A stretch of DNA of 64,000 nucleotides from Octopus vulgaris. Taxonomy: Eukaryota. Made by a program: the position numbers and the translations under genes. The notes beneath the pieces were generated by a model. It did not search any database. It was not told the DNA's origin and was given only the letters and a program-made list of their open reading frames with translations. Below, in pieces: positions 62,612 to 64,000 of the stretch (positions are counted from its first letter, which is position 1; each line of letters opens with the position of its first letter). Location of the stretch: assembly GCA_951406725.2 (NCBI GenBank), contig OX597831.1, positions 8,432,001-8,496,000 on the forward strand, in the 5' to 3' direction.

Positions 62612-64000
62612 CTGAAATAAAGAGAGAGAGAGAGAAAAAAAAAATGTTTAACGAATGAGATAATTCTCAGAAATGGTTAAACCCTTTAACATTTAAACTG
62701 GCCATGTCCGGTCTGAATATCCCACCTTTTTTATGTTCAAACTGACCAGGCTTGGCCTCTCACACCTACCCTACAATGTCATTCTAAAATTAAACGACCA
62801 CATCCGTGGAATATCGATGCTATGAGAAAATGAAAGATTAATCGAAAACTGTGTGAATTAATAAGCATAACATTCGACAGGATAATCTGAATGCTATGAA
62901 TGTTAGGAACTTTGCCTCCATCCAGATAATCAAGGATTATCCTTTCTACTAAAATCACAAGGCTTGAAATGTTGGGAAGTGGATTAGTTGACCTCTTATT
63001 TAATGACCAGTTGTTCCATCAGTGGAATTACATCTATCTCTGTGCCTCTAATCTCTCAACTGGCACAAATCCCACCCTCCTAGTTGAGGGGGAGGGGCGA
63101 TCTCTTGCAAGGTACTTGGTGATCCTGTTGGTGCTGGTAGCATGAAGAAAAAAAAAAATGAAAAAGCAGCCAGTTCACTCTGTAAAGTGGTTCACATTAG
63201 GAAGGGCATTCAGCTGTAGAAACTGTGTCAAAACAGACGATTGGGGCTTCCGTGCAGATGCTGGCTTTGTCATCATGGTAAAGGGACGTTAACTGATGAT
63301 AATGATGAATTACCTGCCCCTGAATCAGCACTTTGGTGGCTGAGAATTTTGTTCTGATCATCATCATTGTTTAACGTCCGTTTTCCATGCTATCACAGGT
63401 TGGACGGTTCGACCGAGGTCTGGGAAGCCAGGAGGCTGCACCAGGCTCCAGTCTGATCTGGCAGTGTTTCTACAGCTGGATGCTCTTCCTAACGCCAACC
63501 ACTCCGCGAGCGTAGTGGGTGCTTTTTATGTGCCACCGGCACAGAAGCCAGTCAAAGCAGCGCTGGCATCGGCCACATTCGGATGGTGCTTTTTATGTGC
63601 CACCGGCACAGGTCTTCATGAAATTCTTGGGCAGAATCAACATAACACAGAGAGTAACAAAGCTGACCTTTTCAATTAGAGCTACAACCCAGATGGCCGT
63701 CTGCAGGACTTCCATAGGCCATAGAACTTTGCCCAAGTTGTCAGATCAACATCAGAGTCTCTTAGTTGCAAAATGAACTTCTTGCAACCTCTCCTCCTCC
63801 TCCTCGTTTCAGATGCTAATATTAGACTGTGGCCAAGCTGGGGCACTACCTTGAAGAATTTTTAGTTGAATGAATTGACTCCAGTACTTATTGCAGCCTG
63901 ATACTTCTATTAGTCTCCTTTGCCGAACTGCTAAGTTACGGGGACGTAAACACACCAACACCAGTTGTGGAGGACAAACACCAACTCTTTTACTTGCTTC

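Overview
AT-rich, repeat-dense animal genomic DNA. The SINE, MITE and microsatellite landscape suggests an octopus or other coleoid cephalopod (inference). Most of the window is one spliced gene on the + strand, MMS19 (HEAT-repeat scaffold of the cytosolic Fe-S cluster targeting complex). I traced 25 coding exons from 17451 to the stop at 60079; all have GT-AG boundaries and consistent phases, totalling 2987 nt or about 995 codons. The ATG-bearing first exon was not found and probably lies upstream of the window. The last coding exon of a cofactor-dependent phosphoglycerate mutase (PGAM) lies convergently on the - strand at 62490-62611. Introns are filled with tRNA-headed SINEs, a (GAT)n-tailed element carrying an internal ~66-bp module, TTAA-flanked piggyBac-type MITEs, Tc1/mariner and hAT MITEs, CR1-like LINE ends and fold-backs. 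Highlights: a candidate 12-nt frame-preserving microexon with UGC motifs; a candidate SINE-derived 60-nt cassette exon; a near-homogeneous 37 x 66-bp array whose unit folds as an H-type pseudoknot plus a hairpin; several Penelope-type minimal hammerhead remnants; and a PGAM-MMS19 linkage that matches human 10q24. The long ORFs at 53.9-56.6 kb are by-products of the tandem repeat.
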